Shown here: one piece after another, positions 9,555 to 18,254 of the stretch
Position numbering within the stretch: the stretch's first letter is position 1
Layout of the letters: each line of letters starts with the position of its first letter
From: Methanocaldococcus jannaschii DSM 2661
Lineage (GTDB): Archaea; AGJL01; Methanococci; Methanococcales; Methanocaldococcaceae
Direction of reading: 5' to 3'
Assembly: GCF_000091665.1 (NCBI RefSeq)
Contig: NC_000909.1
Span: 242,871 to 274,870 of the forward strand
Length of the DNA stretch: 32,000 nucleotides
Notes under the pieces: generated by a model
Database searches by the model: none
The model's input: the letters and a program-made list of their open reading frames with translations, nothing else
What the model was told of the DNA's origin: nothing
Program-made: the position numbers and the translations under genes

Positions 9555-10061
9555 TTAAGGTTTAACTTTTGCGTCTATTGTTATTTTTGAAATTAAACTG
9601 TTATCTGATTTTTGTGTAGGAAGAGACATCTTACTAAATAAATCTAAAGACTTATCCCTCTTAGCAAATATTAACTCATTTACATCAACAAGCTCTAAGC
9701 ATCTCTTTGAGCAAGCTTTAACACATGCTGGTTCATCTCCATTGCATAAAATACACTTGTATGCTTTATCCTCCATCAATATAGCTCCAAATGGACATGC
9801 TAAAGCACATAAACCACAACCAATACAAACATCTTCATTTAAATAGACGTAGCCGTCTTTATGTTCAATTGCTGAAACTGGGCAGACTTCCTTACAAGGA
9901 GCTGAAGCACAGTGTTGGCAGACAATTGGAATGTATTTGCCATCTTTCTCCATTATGGCAATTCTTCCAACTTTATTCTTCTCCATGCATGCCTTAACAC
10001 AATCCCCACAGTTATCACAGTTGAAGTTTGTCATGATTATTTTTTTCATCACCATCACCAA
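9555..10061 (-). CDS. porF: Ferredoxin-type protein PorF
   Basis: [41 protein letters not shown] motifs; same cluster. Confidence 0.85.
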   Translation of the reverse strand: MVMVMKKIIMTNFNCDNCGDCVKACMEKNKVGRIAIMEKDGKYIPIVCQHCASAPCKEVCPVSAIEHKDGYVYLNEDVCIGCGLCALACPFGAILMEDKAYKCILCNGDEPACVKACSKRCLELVDVNELIFAKRDKSLDLFSKMSLPTQKSDNSLISKITIDAKVKP

Positions 10062-10097
10062 AAACTATTTTAATTTTAGTAAAAAAAGAAATTTTAA

Positions 10098-10994
10098 TTA
10101 CAATCCTAACAACTTACATTTCTCATCAATATATTTTTGAATTCTCTCAATATCCTCATCAGTTAAATGCCTATATCTCTTCTGCATCTTTAGATATTCC
10201 CTAACTGGCTTTCTCTTAGCTGGTTTGTATGTAATTCTAAACTCCCCATTTTCAATTTCATAAAGTGGGAAGATTCCAGTTTCAACAGCCAATCTTCCGA
10301 TTTCTATTGTTTTTTCTGGTGGATATCCCCAACCTGTTGTACAAGGTTGTAAAACTTGTATAAACTTTGGCCCTTCAATGCTTAAAGCTTTTTTAACCTT
10401 TCTCATAAAGTCCTCTGGATATGAAATGCATGCGGTAGCAACGTAAGGAATACCATGAGCTGCCATTATCATTGTCATGTCTTTTTTAGGCCTATCCTCT
10501 CCTCTAATCTTTGAACCAGCTGGAGATGTTGTTGTAGCGGCCATGAAGGGCGTTGATGAACTTCTCTGTATTCCAGTGTTCATATATGCTTCATTATCAT
10601 ACATAATATATAATATATCGTGCCCCCTCTCCATAGCTCCACTCAATGCCTGAAAACCAATATCTGCTGTTCCTCCATCTCCTCCAATGGCAATGACATT
10701 TATTTTTTTATCAGCAAACTTTCCTCTTTTTCTCTTCAATGCCTTTACAGCTGCTTCAATACCGCTTGCAGTTGCTGCAGCGTTTTCAAATGCTGTATGA
10801 ATCCAAGGAACTCTCCAAGATGTTTCTGGGTATGGGGTAGTCATAACCTCTAAACAGCCAGTGGCGTTTGTTATAATTGTATCTTTTCCAGCTACCTTTA
10901 GCAGTAATCTTGCTACAATAGCAGCTCCACAGCCAGCACATCCTCTGTGTCCTGGTGCAAAATATTCTTCTCTTGGAAATTGCATTACAATCAC
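10098..10994 (-). CDS. porB: Pyruvate:ferredoxin oxidoreductase subunit beta
   Basis: [39 protein letters not shown] and [18 protein letters not shown]-binding signatures. Confidence 0.95.
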   Translation of the reverse strand: MIVMQFPREEYFAPGHRGCAGCGAAIVARLLLKVAGKDTIITNATGCLEVMTTPYPETSWRVPWIHTAFENAAATASGIEAAVKALKRKRGKFADKKINVIAIGGDGGTADIGFQALSGAMERGHDILYIMYDNEAYMNTGIQRSSSTPFMAATTTSPAGSKIRGEDRPKKDMTMIMAAHGIPYVATACISYPEDFMRKVKKALSIEGPKFIQVLQPCTTGWGYPPEKTIEIGRLAVETGIFPLYEIENGEFRITYKPAKRKPVREYLKMQKRYRHLTDEDIERIQKYIDEKCKLLGL

Positions 10995-11021
10995 CTTAAA
11001 AAATTATTTAAATAAAATTAT

Positions 11022-12191
11022 TTATTCCTTTAATCCAACCCATAATGTAGAGTCATCCTCTGCCTTTTCAACATGGTTAATTATTGTCTTTATATCATCT
11101 ATTTTGATGTCTCTTCCCCCTAAACCAACAATGTAGTTGCAAACTTTCTTATTCTTTAAAATTGATGCCATTTCAATACCTAAAGCTCCTTTATTAAATC
11201 CTAATGAGATGTTTTTATCTAACACAGCTATATTATTGGCATCTTTTAAAAGCTCCTTAACATCCTCTTTTGGGAATGGTCTAAAGGCTCTTATTCTTAA
11301 CAATCCAACATTTTTGCCTTCTTTTTTAAGTTCATCAATAACATACTTTATTGTCCCACAAACAGAACCCATTGCAACTAAAACGGTATCTGCGTTATCT
11401 AAGTTATAAGCCTCGACTAAACCATTTCCATACTTTCTCTTAAACCATTCAGCAAATTCCTCATTAACATCCCTAATAACTTTCTTAGCCCTCTCCATAG
11501 CCTCCTCTATCTGTTTCCTTGTCTCCATGTAGCAATCTGGAACTCCTACTGGCCCTTGAGTTATTGGTCTGTCTGGGTCTAAATATGCGTGTTTTGGTTC
11601 ATAAACTCCTAAAAATTCTCTAACTCTCTCTGCCTTTGGAATTGTTACTGGCTCTACTGTGTGAGTTAAGATAAATCCATCTAAACAAACCATGACTGGC
11701 AATAAGACGTCTTCATTTTCAGCTATCTTATAAGCTTGAATAATGCTGTCAAGTGTTTCTTGGTTATCTTCAACATATATCTGAATCCATCCACTGTCTC
11801 TCTCTGCTATTGAATCTTGGTGGTCATTCCAGATGTTTATAGGAGCTGATAAAGCTCTGTTAGCAACCATCATAACTATTGGCAATCTCATACCTGATGC
11901 AATGAATAACATTTCATGCATCAAAGCTAAACCTTGTGAAGCAGTTGCAGTAAATGTCCTTGCTCCTGTTGCAGCTGCCCCTATGCAAGCAGACATTGCT
12001 GAGTGCTCACTCTCAACCTTTATATATTCAGCATCTAACTCTCCATTAGCTACAAACTCAGCTAACTTCTCAACACACGTTGTTTGTGGTGTAATTGGAT
12101 AGGCAGCTATAACATCAACATCAGCTAATTTAGCCGCTTCAGCAGCAGCTGAAGTTCCTGTAATAACCTTGACTTCACACATAGTTTCCAC
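11022..12191 (-). CDS. porA: Pyruvate:ferredoxin oxidoreductase subunit alpha
   Basis: TGTSAAAEAAKLADVDVIAAYPITPQTTCVEKLAEF, HSAMSACIGAAATGARTFTATASQGLALMHE. Confidence 0.95.
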   Translation of the reverse strand: METMCEVKVITGTSAAAEAAKLADVDVIAAYPITPQTTCVEKLAEFVANGELDAEYIKVESEHSAMSACIGAAATGARTFTATASQGLALMHEMLFIASGMRLPIVMMVANRALSAPINIWNDHQDSIAERDSGWIQIYVEDNQETLDSIIQAYKIAENEDVLLPVMVCLDGFILTHTVEPVTIPKAERVREFLGVYEPKHAYLDPDRPITQGPVGVPDCYMETRKQIEEAMERAKKVIRDVNEEFAEWFKRKYGNGLVEAYNLDNADTVLVAMGSVCGTIKYVIDELKKEGKNVGLLRIRAFRPFPKEDVKELLKDANNIAVLDKNISLGFNKGALGIEMASILKNKKVCNYIVGLGGRDIKIDDIKTIINHVEKAEDDSTLWVGLKE

Positions 12192-12212
12192 CTTAGTAAT
12201 TTAGTGTTTATT

Positions 12213-12473
12213 TTATTTCTCTTCTCTAACCTTTGTTATTGCATTTACTGGACATTCGTTCATACATATTAGGCAACCTTTACAGTAATCATAATCTATT
12301 TTGAAGTTTCCATTTTCATCTTCTTGAATAGCCCCCTCTGGACAGAATATATAGCAATTTTCACATTTTACACATTTTTCATTGTCTAAAATTGGTCTAA
12401 ATGTTCTCCAAGTCCCTGTTTTGTTTTTAATTGAGTTTCCTGGCTCATATATAATAGCTGCAATTGTAACCAT
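12213..12473 (-). CDS. porD: Pyruvate:ferredoxin oxidoreductase subunit delta (2x4Fe-4S ferredoxin)
   Basis: CVKCENCYIFCPEGAI...CKGCLICMNECPVNAI, adjacent to porA/porC. Confidence 0.93.
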   Translation of the reverse strand: MVTIAAIIYEPGNSIKNKTGTWRTFRPILDNEKCVKCENCYIFCPEGAIQEDENGNFKIDYDYCKGCLICMNECPVNAITKVREEK

Positions 12474-12491
12474 TTAATTCACCTCAATAAT

Positions 12492-13028
12492 TTATCCATA
12501 TTTTTTTAACATCTCATTGTATGCTACTTCAGCAGCTTTAGCGTTTTTCTCTCCTAATTTACCTTTAAATGTATCTAAAATAGCTTTTTTAACTGATTCT
12601 ATGCTAACAATTCCTGTAACTCCAGCAAAAGCTCCAACCATTGCAGTATTTACAATTGGAACTCCTAAAACATCTAACGCTATTCCTGTAGCATCAATTG
12701 TATATGTTTTGTAGCCTAAATCTAAATCATCCTTAACAGTGTTAATTACAACAGCGCCATCTTTCTTTAACCCCTCAACAACATTAACACTCTCTAAAAG
12801 AGTAGCATCCTGAACAATAACATAATCTGGCTCATAGATTTGGCATCTTAATGTTATCTTCTTATCGTCTATTCTTGTGAATGCCATAACTGGAGCCCCT
12901 CTTCTCTCAACACCAAAGAATGGAAATGCTTGACAAAACTTTCCATCATAAAAAGCAGCTTTAGCTAAAATTTGTGCTGCTGTAACAGCTCCTTGTCCTC
13001 CTCTTCCGTGAAATCTAATTTCTATCAT
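12492..13028 (-). CDS. porC: Pyruvate:ferredoxin oxidoreductase subunit gamma
   Basis: [46 protein letters not shown]. Confidence 0.95.
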
Positions 13029-13074
13029 ACACTCACCTTAAACTGTCATTATCAATCATTAACAATTATTAAAA

Positions 13075-13090
13075 GTAATATATAAAGTTT
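13075..13090 (-). promoter_or_regulatory. Putative TATA box for the por operon
   Basis: Minus strand AACTTTATATATTAC about 45-60 nt upstream of the porC start. Confidence 0.5.
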
Positions 13091-13141
13091 TGGAGATTTA
13101 AGCAATTAACGAAAATAGTTTAGGCATAAGAAAAAATAAAA

Positions 13142-13548
13142 TTAATTTACATGGATTACATAGTCTTTCTCTAAAAATGATGTTGTATTTATTTTTGAGA
13201 ATGACACTATAGCAGTTCCTTTTTTAACTCCTTCAATATAATAGCCGATTTGATTTTTAAACAGCTTTATTGTTGAATTACTGTCATAAATCTTAATCTC
13301 CCAGCTTTCATTTAATGGAATTTCATAGATTTCTCCAACTGAGATTTTATTTTATTAAAAGAGGCATTTATGGGAATTACATCTTTCATTGCTAATTTCT
13401 GCCCTAAACCATCATAGTAATATCCATCTACTTTGATTATTATGTGATTTGCTAAAATATCAATAGACAGTAGTAAAATCAAAACTGACATTAAGAGGAT
13501 TAAAATCGTTGATGATTTTGGTCTCATTTTCTCACGTTTATTTTTCAT
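13142..13548 (-). pseudogene. Membrane-anchored/secreted hypothetical protein interrupted by a frameshift near 13345
   Basis: Track ORF ends ...NKIKSQLEKSMKFH*. A frame switch in the A-rich AATAAAATAAAATCTC tract restores ...NKIKISVGEIYEIPLNESWEIKIYDSNSTIKLFKNQIGYYIEGVKKGTAIVSFSKINTTSFLEKDYVIHVN* down to 13142. Confidence 0.7.
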
Positions 13549-13704
13549 AGTGGTTTTATAGGATTTTCCACAGTTTATATATTGAATTTGGAATTTAAAT
13601 ACTCAAAGAGTGTTATTATATAATAAAATATTTCCTCATGCGAAAGTCCTATTTTATTTCCAATTATTTATAATTCTAAGTATTTAAATATTTTTATGAA
13701 AAAT

Positions 13705-13758
13705 TTTATATACAAAAATGTTAAACATACTTAACATAATGTAAAGTATTATTAACAT
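13705..13758 (+). promoter_or_regulatory. TATA box (TTTATATA, 13705-13712) plus palindromic operator candidate ATGTTAA-N6-TTAACAT (13718-13737) and extra half-site TTAACAT (13752-13758)
   Basis: Direct sequence reading immediately upstream of the 13773-14779 cassette that ends in an XRE-type regulator. Confidence 0.55.
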
Positions 13759-13772
13759 GATAGAGGAAAAAG

Positions 13773-14024
13773 ATGGGTAAATTACTTCTCGGATTTTTAA
13801 CAGAGTTTTTAATAATAGATGAATTAAAAGCAGAGATATTTAAAAAATCATCCATTATGTTAATCCTTTCTTTTTGGATTTATTTAGTTCTGATTCTTAA
13901 TTTTATGGCTTTCTTTAATGTAAAAGTTGCATTTTCTTTAGATATAGTTATATTTTTAATGGCAACTTTTGTTTTGAATTTGATATTATCTTTTATCTAC
14001 TGCTTTAAAATACACTTAAGGTGA
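13773..14024 (+). CDS. Small two-TM membrane protein, first gene of XRE-regulator cassette
   Basis: Two hydrophobic segments (IMLILSFWIYLVLILNFMAFF, IVIFLMATFVLNLILSFIYCF). Followed at 5 nt by the next ORF. Confidence 0.65.
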   Translation: MGKLLLGFLTEFLIIDELKAEIFKKSSIMLILSFWIYLVLILNFMAFFNVKVAFSLDIVIFLMATFVLNLILSFIYCFKIHLR

Positions 14025-14028
14025 AACT

Positions 14029-14571
14029 ATGGACTTAAAAAGTAATATAAAACTTATATTGGCTACTGATTTATTAGCAGTTTTAATTTTATCTCTATTT
14101 ATCAAAAATTTTAAAATGGTTTTAGCTTTCTTATTGGCAGTGTTTGTAATTTGGTTATTTATTGATAAAAATAATATAAATGAAAGGTTATATGAGAATT
14201 TATTAGCAATGAGTGTTGGATTTATTGAAGGGATTTTGATATTTTTAGGAATTATCTACAATGAGGTATTTTTAGATATTACTTTAGGAATATTTGCAAT
14301 ACTTATTTTAATTGTTATGGGGATTTTATTTCCAAAGTATAAGTTAATCTTTGAAGTTTTTGATGAATTCGTTGAGCATCTTAAACAAAAATCTGGATTT
14401 TTAACTTTAATATCAATTTTCGGAATGTTACTTACTATTTATGTGTTTTTATTGATATTACCTTCAAAAGAGTTCTGTATTAACGCAGTTGATATTATTA
14501 GAACAATAATGCTTGTTATTACGGCAAATATGTTTATAATTGAGTTCTATACATTTAAAAAGTTTTCATAG
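14029..14571 (+). CDS. Multi-TM membrane protein of unknown function (DUF2178-like organisation)
   Basis: At least five hydrophobic helices; same strand, tightly linked to an XRE HTH gene. Confidence 0.65.
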   Translation: MDLKSNIKLILATDLLAVLILSLFIKNFKMVLAFLLAVFVIWLFIDKNNINERLYENLLAMSVGFIEGILIFLGIIYNEVFLDITLGIFAILILIVMGILFPKYKLIFEVFDEFVEHLKQKSGFLTLISIFGMLLTIYVFLLILPSKEFCINAVDIIRTIMLVITANMFIIEFYTFKKFS

Positions 14572-14578
14572 TGAAACA

Positions 14579-14779
14579 ATGAAAAACAAGCTGAAATACT
14601 ATAGAGCATTGCATAATTTAACTCAGGAGGATTTAGCAAAAAAGTTAGGAGTTAGTAGGCAAACAATCATCGCCATAGAGAAGGGTAAATACGACCCTTC
14701 TTTAAAATTGGCATTTAAAATAGCCAAGTTTTTTGGTGTTAAGATTGAGGATATATTTATTTATGAAGATGATGAATAA
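14579..14779 (+). CDS. XRE/Cro-family HTH transcriptional regulator (true start probably 14579, not 14540)
   Basis: MKNKLKYYRALHNLTQEDLAKKLGVSRQTIIAIEKGKYDPSLKLAFKIAKFFGVKIEDIFIYED. Classic 66-aa small XRE regulator. Confidence 0.92.
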   Translation: MKNKLKYYRALHNLTQEDLAKKLGVSRQTIIAIEKGKYDPSLKLAFKIAKFFGVKIEDIFIYEDDE

Positions 14780-14793
14780 TTATTGGTGAGATT

Positions 14794-15253
14794 ATGATAA
14801 CTATAGATATTACAAAAAAGGAAGATATCGATGATATGATTAATCTATTAAAACAACTTTTTGAGATAGAGAAGGATTTTACTCCAAACTATGAAAAGCA
14901 AAAAAGGGATTAGAACTTTTATTAAATAAAGAGGATGCAGTAATCTTTGTTGCAAGATATAAAGGAAGAGTTATAGGGATGTGTTCTATTCAAACCTTAA
15001 TATCAACTGCTGAAGGAAGGGAGTTGGACTCTTAGAGGATTTAATTGTTGATGAACATTTTAGAGGTAGAGGTATTGGGAGCAAACTTCTATTGGAGGCT
15101 GAGAGATACTGTAAAGAAAATGGGTTATTAAGATTATCATTATTGGCAGATAAAGACAACACAAAGGCATTAGAGTTTTGTAAATCAAAGGGCTGGGAAT
15201 TTACAAACCTTATTTGTTTAAGAAAATTTTTTGATGGTGAGAAATGTGATTAA
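14794..15253 (+). pseudogene. GNAT-family N-acetyltransferase broken by two frameshifts
   Basis: Three consecutive frames read MITIDITKKEDIDDMINLLKQLFEIEKDFTPNYEKQK / GLELLLNKEDAVIFVARYKGRVIGMCSIQTLISTAEG / [77 protein letters not shown]/RxxGxG/A acetyl-CoA motif is RGRGIGSKLL. Confidence 0.88.
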
Positions 15254-15542
15254 GGAAATAACTGAAGAAAAATTAGAAAATTATTTTAAGAGGACAGAGG
15301 AAGCTATAAAAATTATTAAAAAAGGCATGCCACCAAAGAGAAGTTTGTTGTATGATGTTGCTAAGGACTTTTTATTGATGATAGAGAGCTATTTTGAAGA
15401 TGCCAAGGCATTTAAAGAGAGAGGAGATTATGTGACTGCCTTTGCCTCTCTAAATTATGCCTATGGCTGGATTGATGCAGGTGTTAGATTGGGAATTTTT
15501 GATGTTGGAGATGATGATGTGAGATTTACCCTTGCTAAATGA
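15234..15542 (+). CDS. DUF357-family archaeal protein
   Basis: [23 protein letters not shown]...[41 protein letters not shown]; helical DUF357/HEPN-like pattern. Start overlaps the end of the degraded GNAT gene. Confidence 0.75.
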
Positions 15543-15635
15543 TTTTAAATTTTTTATTTTAATTATTTATTAATTTACATTAATTGATTTTCATAAATAA
15601 AAATAAAAAATAAGATTACACTAAATTTTGTTATA

Positions 15636-15847
15636 TCATAGTATTCTCTCTTTAAAGCTTATTTTAAAATTATCTTCTATGATTTTTAGAACGTCCTCTA
15701 AAGAAAATGTGTTTAACTCCTCAGCAAATTTAGCGTGTCTATTGGGTGGTGAGGACTGCACTCGTCTCCAGCAATACAGCCACAACAAAGAATTACTCCA
15801 ACTACGGAACAAATCAAAAGAAATAATTTCAACATTTTCATAAACAT
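15636..15847 (-). pseudogene. Small predicted lipoprotein/secreted peptide with frameshift (unannotated in the track)
   Basis: Minus strand MFMKMLKLFLLICSVVGVILCCGCIAGDECSPHHPIDTLNLLRS* (15847-15713). Shifting frame near CACCACCCAAT continues NRHAKFAEELNTFSLEDVLKIIEDNFKISFKERIL* to 15636. Confidence 0.5.
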
Positions 15848-15942
15848 CCCTATAATTACTCTTTTTTAATTTTTTACTAGTTCCTACCTTTATTTTAATT
15901 GACTATCAATTCAAACGCTTACTCTTTGCTCTTATTTTATAC

Positions 15943-17505
15943 TCAACCTACTATATGTATTTTTCTAATATCTCTAACAACCTTCCCAGTAATCGACCTC
16001 CTCCCATAATCAACAACCTCAACATCTACAAACTCTCCAATTTTAAGATTTTTATCTAAAATTCCAACTAATAATGGATAACTTCCAAACTGTCTTCCAA
16101 AGTATAAATCTTCCCTTTCTTTAACTTCAACAAATACATCTCTTAATATTGTCCCTTTTGGAACAACCCTTTTAAGCATTTTATTATCTATTTCTTCCCT
16201 AACTTTTTCTTTAAACCATAAAAATAACTTTTTTCTCTTCTCTGCCTTTTTTATGTCTTTTAGAGTTATATCAGTCCCAAAAAATGGAACAACTTGCCTT
16301 ATGTTAATCCTTCTAATCATAAAGCCCCTATCATAGATTTCTTTTAAATATTCAAAATTTATAGTAAATGTTTCTTTTCTCTCCCCTTTTAATCCAAACA
16401 ATAAATTTATGCCTGGCAATAAATACGGCAGCCCAGTTTCTCCCCTTTTTCCTCCAACTTCATTTAAAATTTCTACAGCCTTTAAAACATCTTCTGGTGT
16501 TGTTAATAAGTTGTTGGCTTTAATTACTTTCTCATCAAAACTCTCAACACCAAAAGCAGCAACATTTCCAGAAGTGCAGTATTTAACTAATATTTTAGCT
16601 ACCTCTCTACTTTCATCTTCATGCCTTGCTATCACTGCAGGATTTGCATTATCTATATGCAAAACCTTTGGATTTGAAACGTTCCTAATGCCTTTAAACA
16701 GCTTTTCAATTGCTTCAACATTTGGTTTTGGAACCTCTTCCTTCTCGGAATCAATTGATTTATATGAAAACATACATGGCTGTCTTCCAATTCTGAAATA
16801 TTTTATTCCCTCATTATATAATACCTTAATTTCGTCTATGATATCTTTTTCATCTCTAAATTTTGGCAATCCAAACCTCCTTGGCTCTGTGCAAAAAGAG
16901 CAGCCTCCAGTTAAAGCTCTTGGGCATCCTCTATAAGTTTCAATCTCAGCAATTATATATGGATAGTTTGGATGCTTTTTAACAACCTTAGCTCCTCTTA
17001 TTGCATATTCTCTCAACTCTTCATAGGTTCTATATCTGTTAAAATCAATCTTTTCTATGCTTCCCTCTCTCAACAAATCATTTAAAACTGCCTCTAAATC
17101 ACCCTCAGCAACAACATCAAAAAATGCTTTATATTTACTCTCATCTTCTATCTTTCCTCCAATCATTGAAGAGCCATATTTTGTCGCTGCTGGCCCCCCC
17201 AAAATTTTTAAGCCATCATATTTATATAATATAGAAACAAACTCCTTTAATGTTGCAGGATTTGCATTTAAATATTTTCCAGGTGTGTGAAATCCACAAA
17301 TACAAATTATTGCATCGTATTTATTTAAATTAAAATCTCCTCTAATTTCTCTAAATTTATCGATAGTTATATAATCCACTTTAACGTTATATTTATCTAA
17401 GGCACCATAAGCATATCTTGGGTAAATGCCTATATAAGGGGGCACCCCCAAACCAGCGGGTTCGTCAGTATAACCATCTAATATTAAAGCTCTCCCTATC
17501 ATCAT
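15943..17505 (-). CDS. Radical SAM protein (YgiQ/B12-binding-like N-terminus) with C-x7-C-x2-C cluster motif; start trimmed from 17574
   Basis: Starts MMIGRALILDGYTDEPAGLGVPPYIGIYPRYAYG. Core YRGCPRALTGGCSFCTEPRRFG. RBS-like GGTGA lies just upstream (17511-17515 complement), and the additional track residues overlap the C/D sRNA. Confidence 0.85.
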   Translation of the reverse strand: MMIGRALILDGYTDEPAGLGVPPYIGIYPRYAYGALDKYNVKVDYITIDKFREIRGDFNLNKYDAIICICGFHTPGKYLNANPATLKEFVSILYKYDGLKILGGPAATKYGSSMIGGKIEDESKYKAFFDVVAEGDLEAVLNDLLREGSIEKIDFNRYRTYEELREYAIRGAKVVKKHPNYPYIIAEIETYRGCPRALTGGCSFCTEPRRFGLPKFRDEKDIIDEIKVLYNEGIKYFRIGRQPCMFSYKSIDSEKEEVPKPNVEAIEKLFKGIRNVSNPKVLHIDNANPAVIARHEDESREVAKILVKYCTSGNVAAFGVESFDEKVIKANNLLTTPEDVLKAVEILNEVGGKRGETGLPYLLPGINLLFGLKGERKETFTINFEYLKEIYDRGFMIRRINIRQVVPFFGTDITLKDIKKAEKRKKLFLWFKEKVREEIDNKMLKRVVPKGTILRDVFVEVKEREDLYFGRQFGSYPLLVGILDKNLKIGEFVDVEVVDYGRRSITGKVVRDIRKIHIVG

Positions 17506-17518
17506 AATAATCACCAAA

Positions 17519-17585
17519 AAATCGCCAATGATGACGATTGGCTTTGCTGAGTCTGTGATGAACCGTATGAGCACTGAGGCGATTT
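17519..17585 (+). ncRNA. C/D box sRNA (2'-O-methylation guide)
   Basis: AAATCGCC(17519-26) a ATGATGA[C, 17528-34] CGATTGGCTTTG CTGA[D', 17547-50] gtct GTGATGA[C', 17555-61] ACCGTATGAGCA CTGA[D, 17574-77] GGCGATTT(17578-85). 8-bp perfect terminal stem and two 12-nt guides. Confidence 0.95.
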
Positions 17586-17639
17586 ATAGTTTAAATTGAA
17601 CAAAAATTAGAAAATTAAAATTAAAAATAAAATGAAAAT

Positions 17640-18254
17640 TTATTCCTCAAATAAACTAAATACATATTTTGTCCAATTCATCCACAAATCATTAGCTTTT
17701 CTACTTTTCTCATAAGTTTGCATAATTATATAGTAATTACCAACTTTTCTATAATAGCAGTAACTAATTGATAAATTGGCATTTTTTGGAATGAACTCGT
17801 AATATATGTAGTTGCCAAAAATATCCCTTTCAGGATACTCTTTAACTTCATTATATATGTATGCATAGGAAAGGTCAATTGGCTTTCTGCTGACTACAAA
17901 GGTTATGTTTTTATATTTTTTTATTATTTTATCATCAAAGTCCGTCTCTTCATTATAAGGAAGATTTAAAAACATCTTGTCCATATCAACTGGCTTTGAA
18001 AAATCGTATTTTTTTGTAGTTTTTGTTATATTATTTGTTCTATTTTCATCATTTGTAATATTTAACTTACAGGATTCTTCTTTTAAATTTTCTATTGGTT
18101 TATTGTTTTGGACTTTTATATTTTCTTTTTCAATGACTGTCATATTTGGTTTATTTACTTCCTCTTTTTCATTCTCAAAACATCCACAAATTGAAATAGT
18201 TAAAATTAAAGATAATATAAATAAAACAATTATTGATACTTTTTTCATACTCAA
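17640..18254 (-). CDS. Predicted lipoprotein, unknown function
   Basis: [32 protein letters not shown] lipobox-like signal, hydrophilic body. Confidence 0.7.

Noticed and set aside
15740-15785. GC-rich island (ggtggtgaggactgcactcgtctccagcaatacagcc) as a candidate GC-island ncRNA
   Set aside because: The best local stem has a mismatch and a wobble, and the GC content is explained by the Cys/Gly/His-rich minus-strand coding segment. Kept as a coding hypothesis instead.
15628-15843. Plus-strand 71-aa ORF in the track
   Set aside because: The minus strand of the same DNA encodes a signal/lipobox-like peptide and a coherent charged helix; the plus-strand product has no recognisable features.
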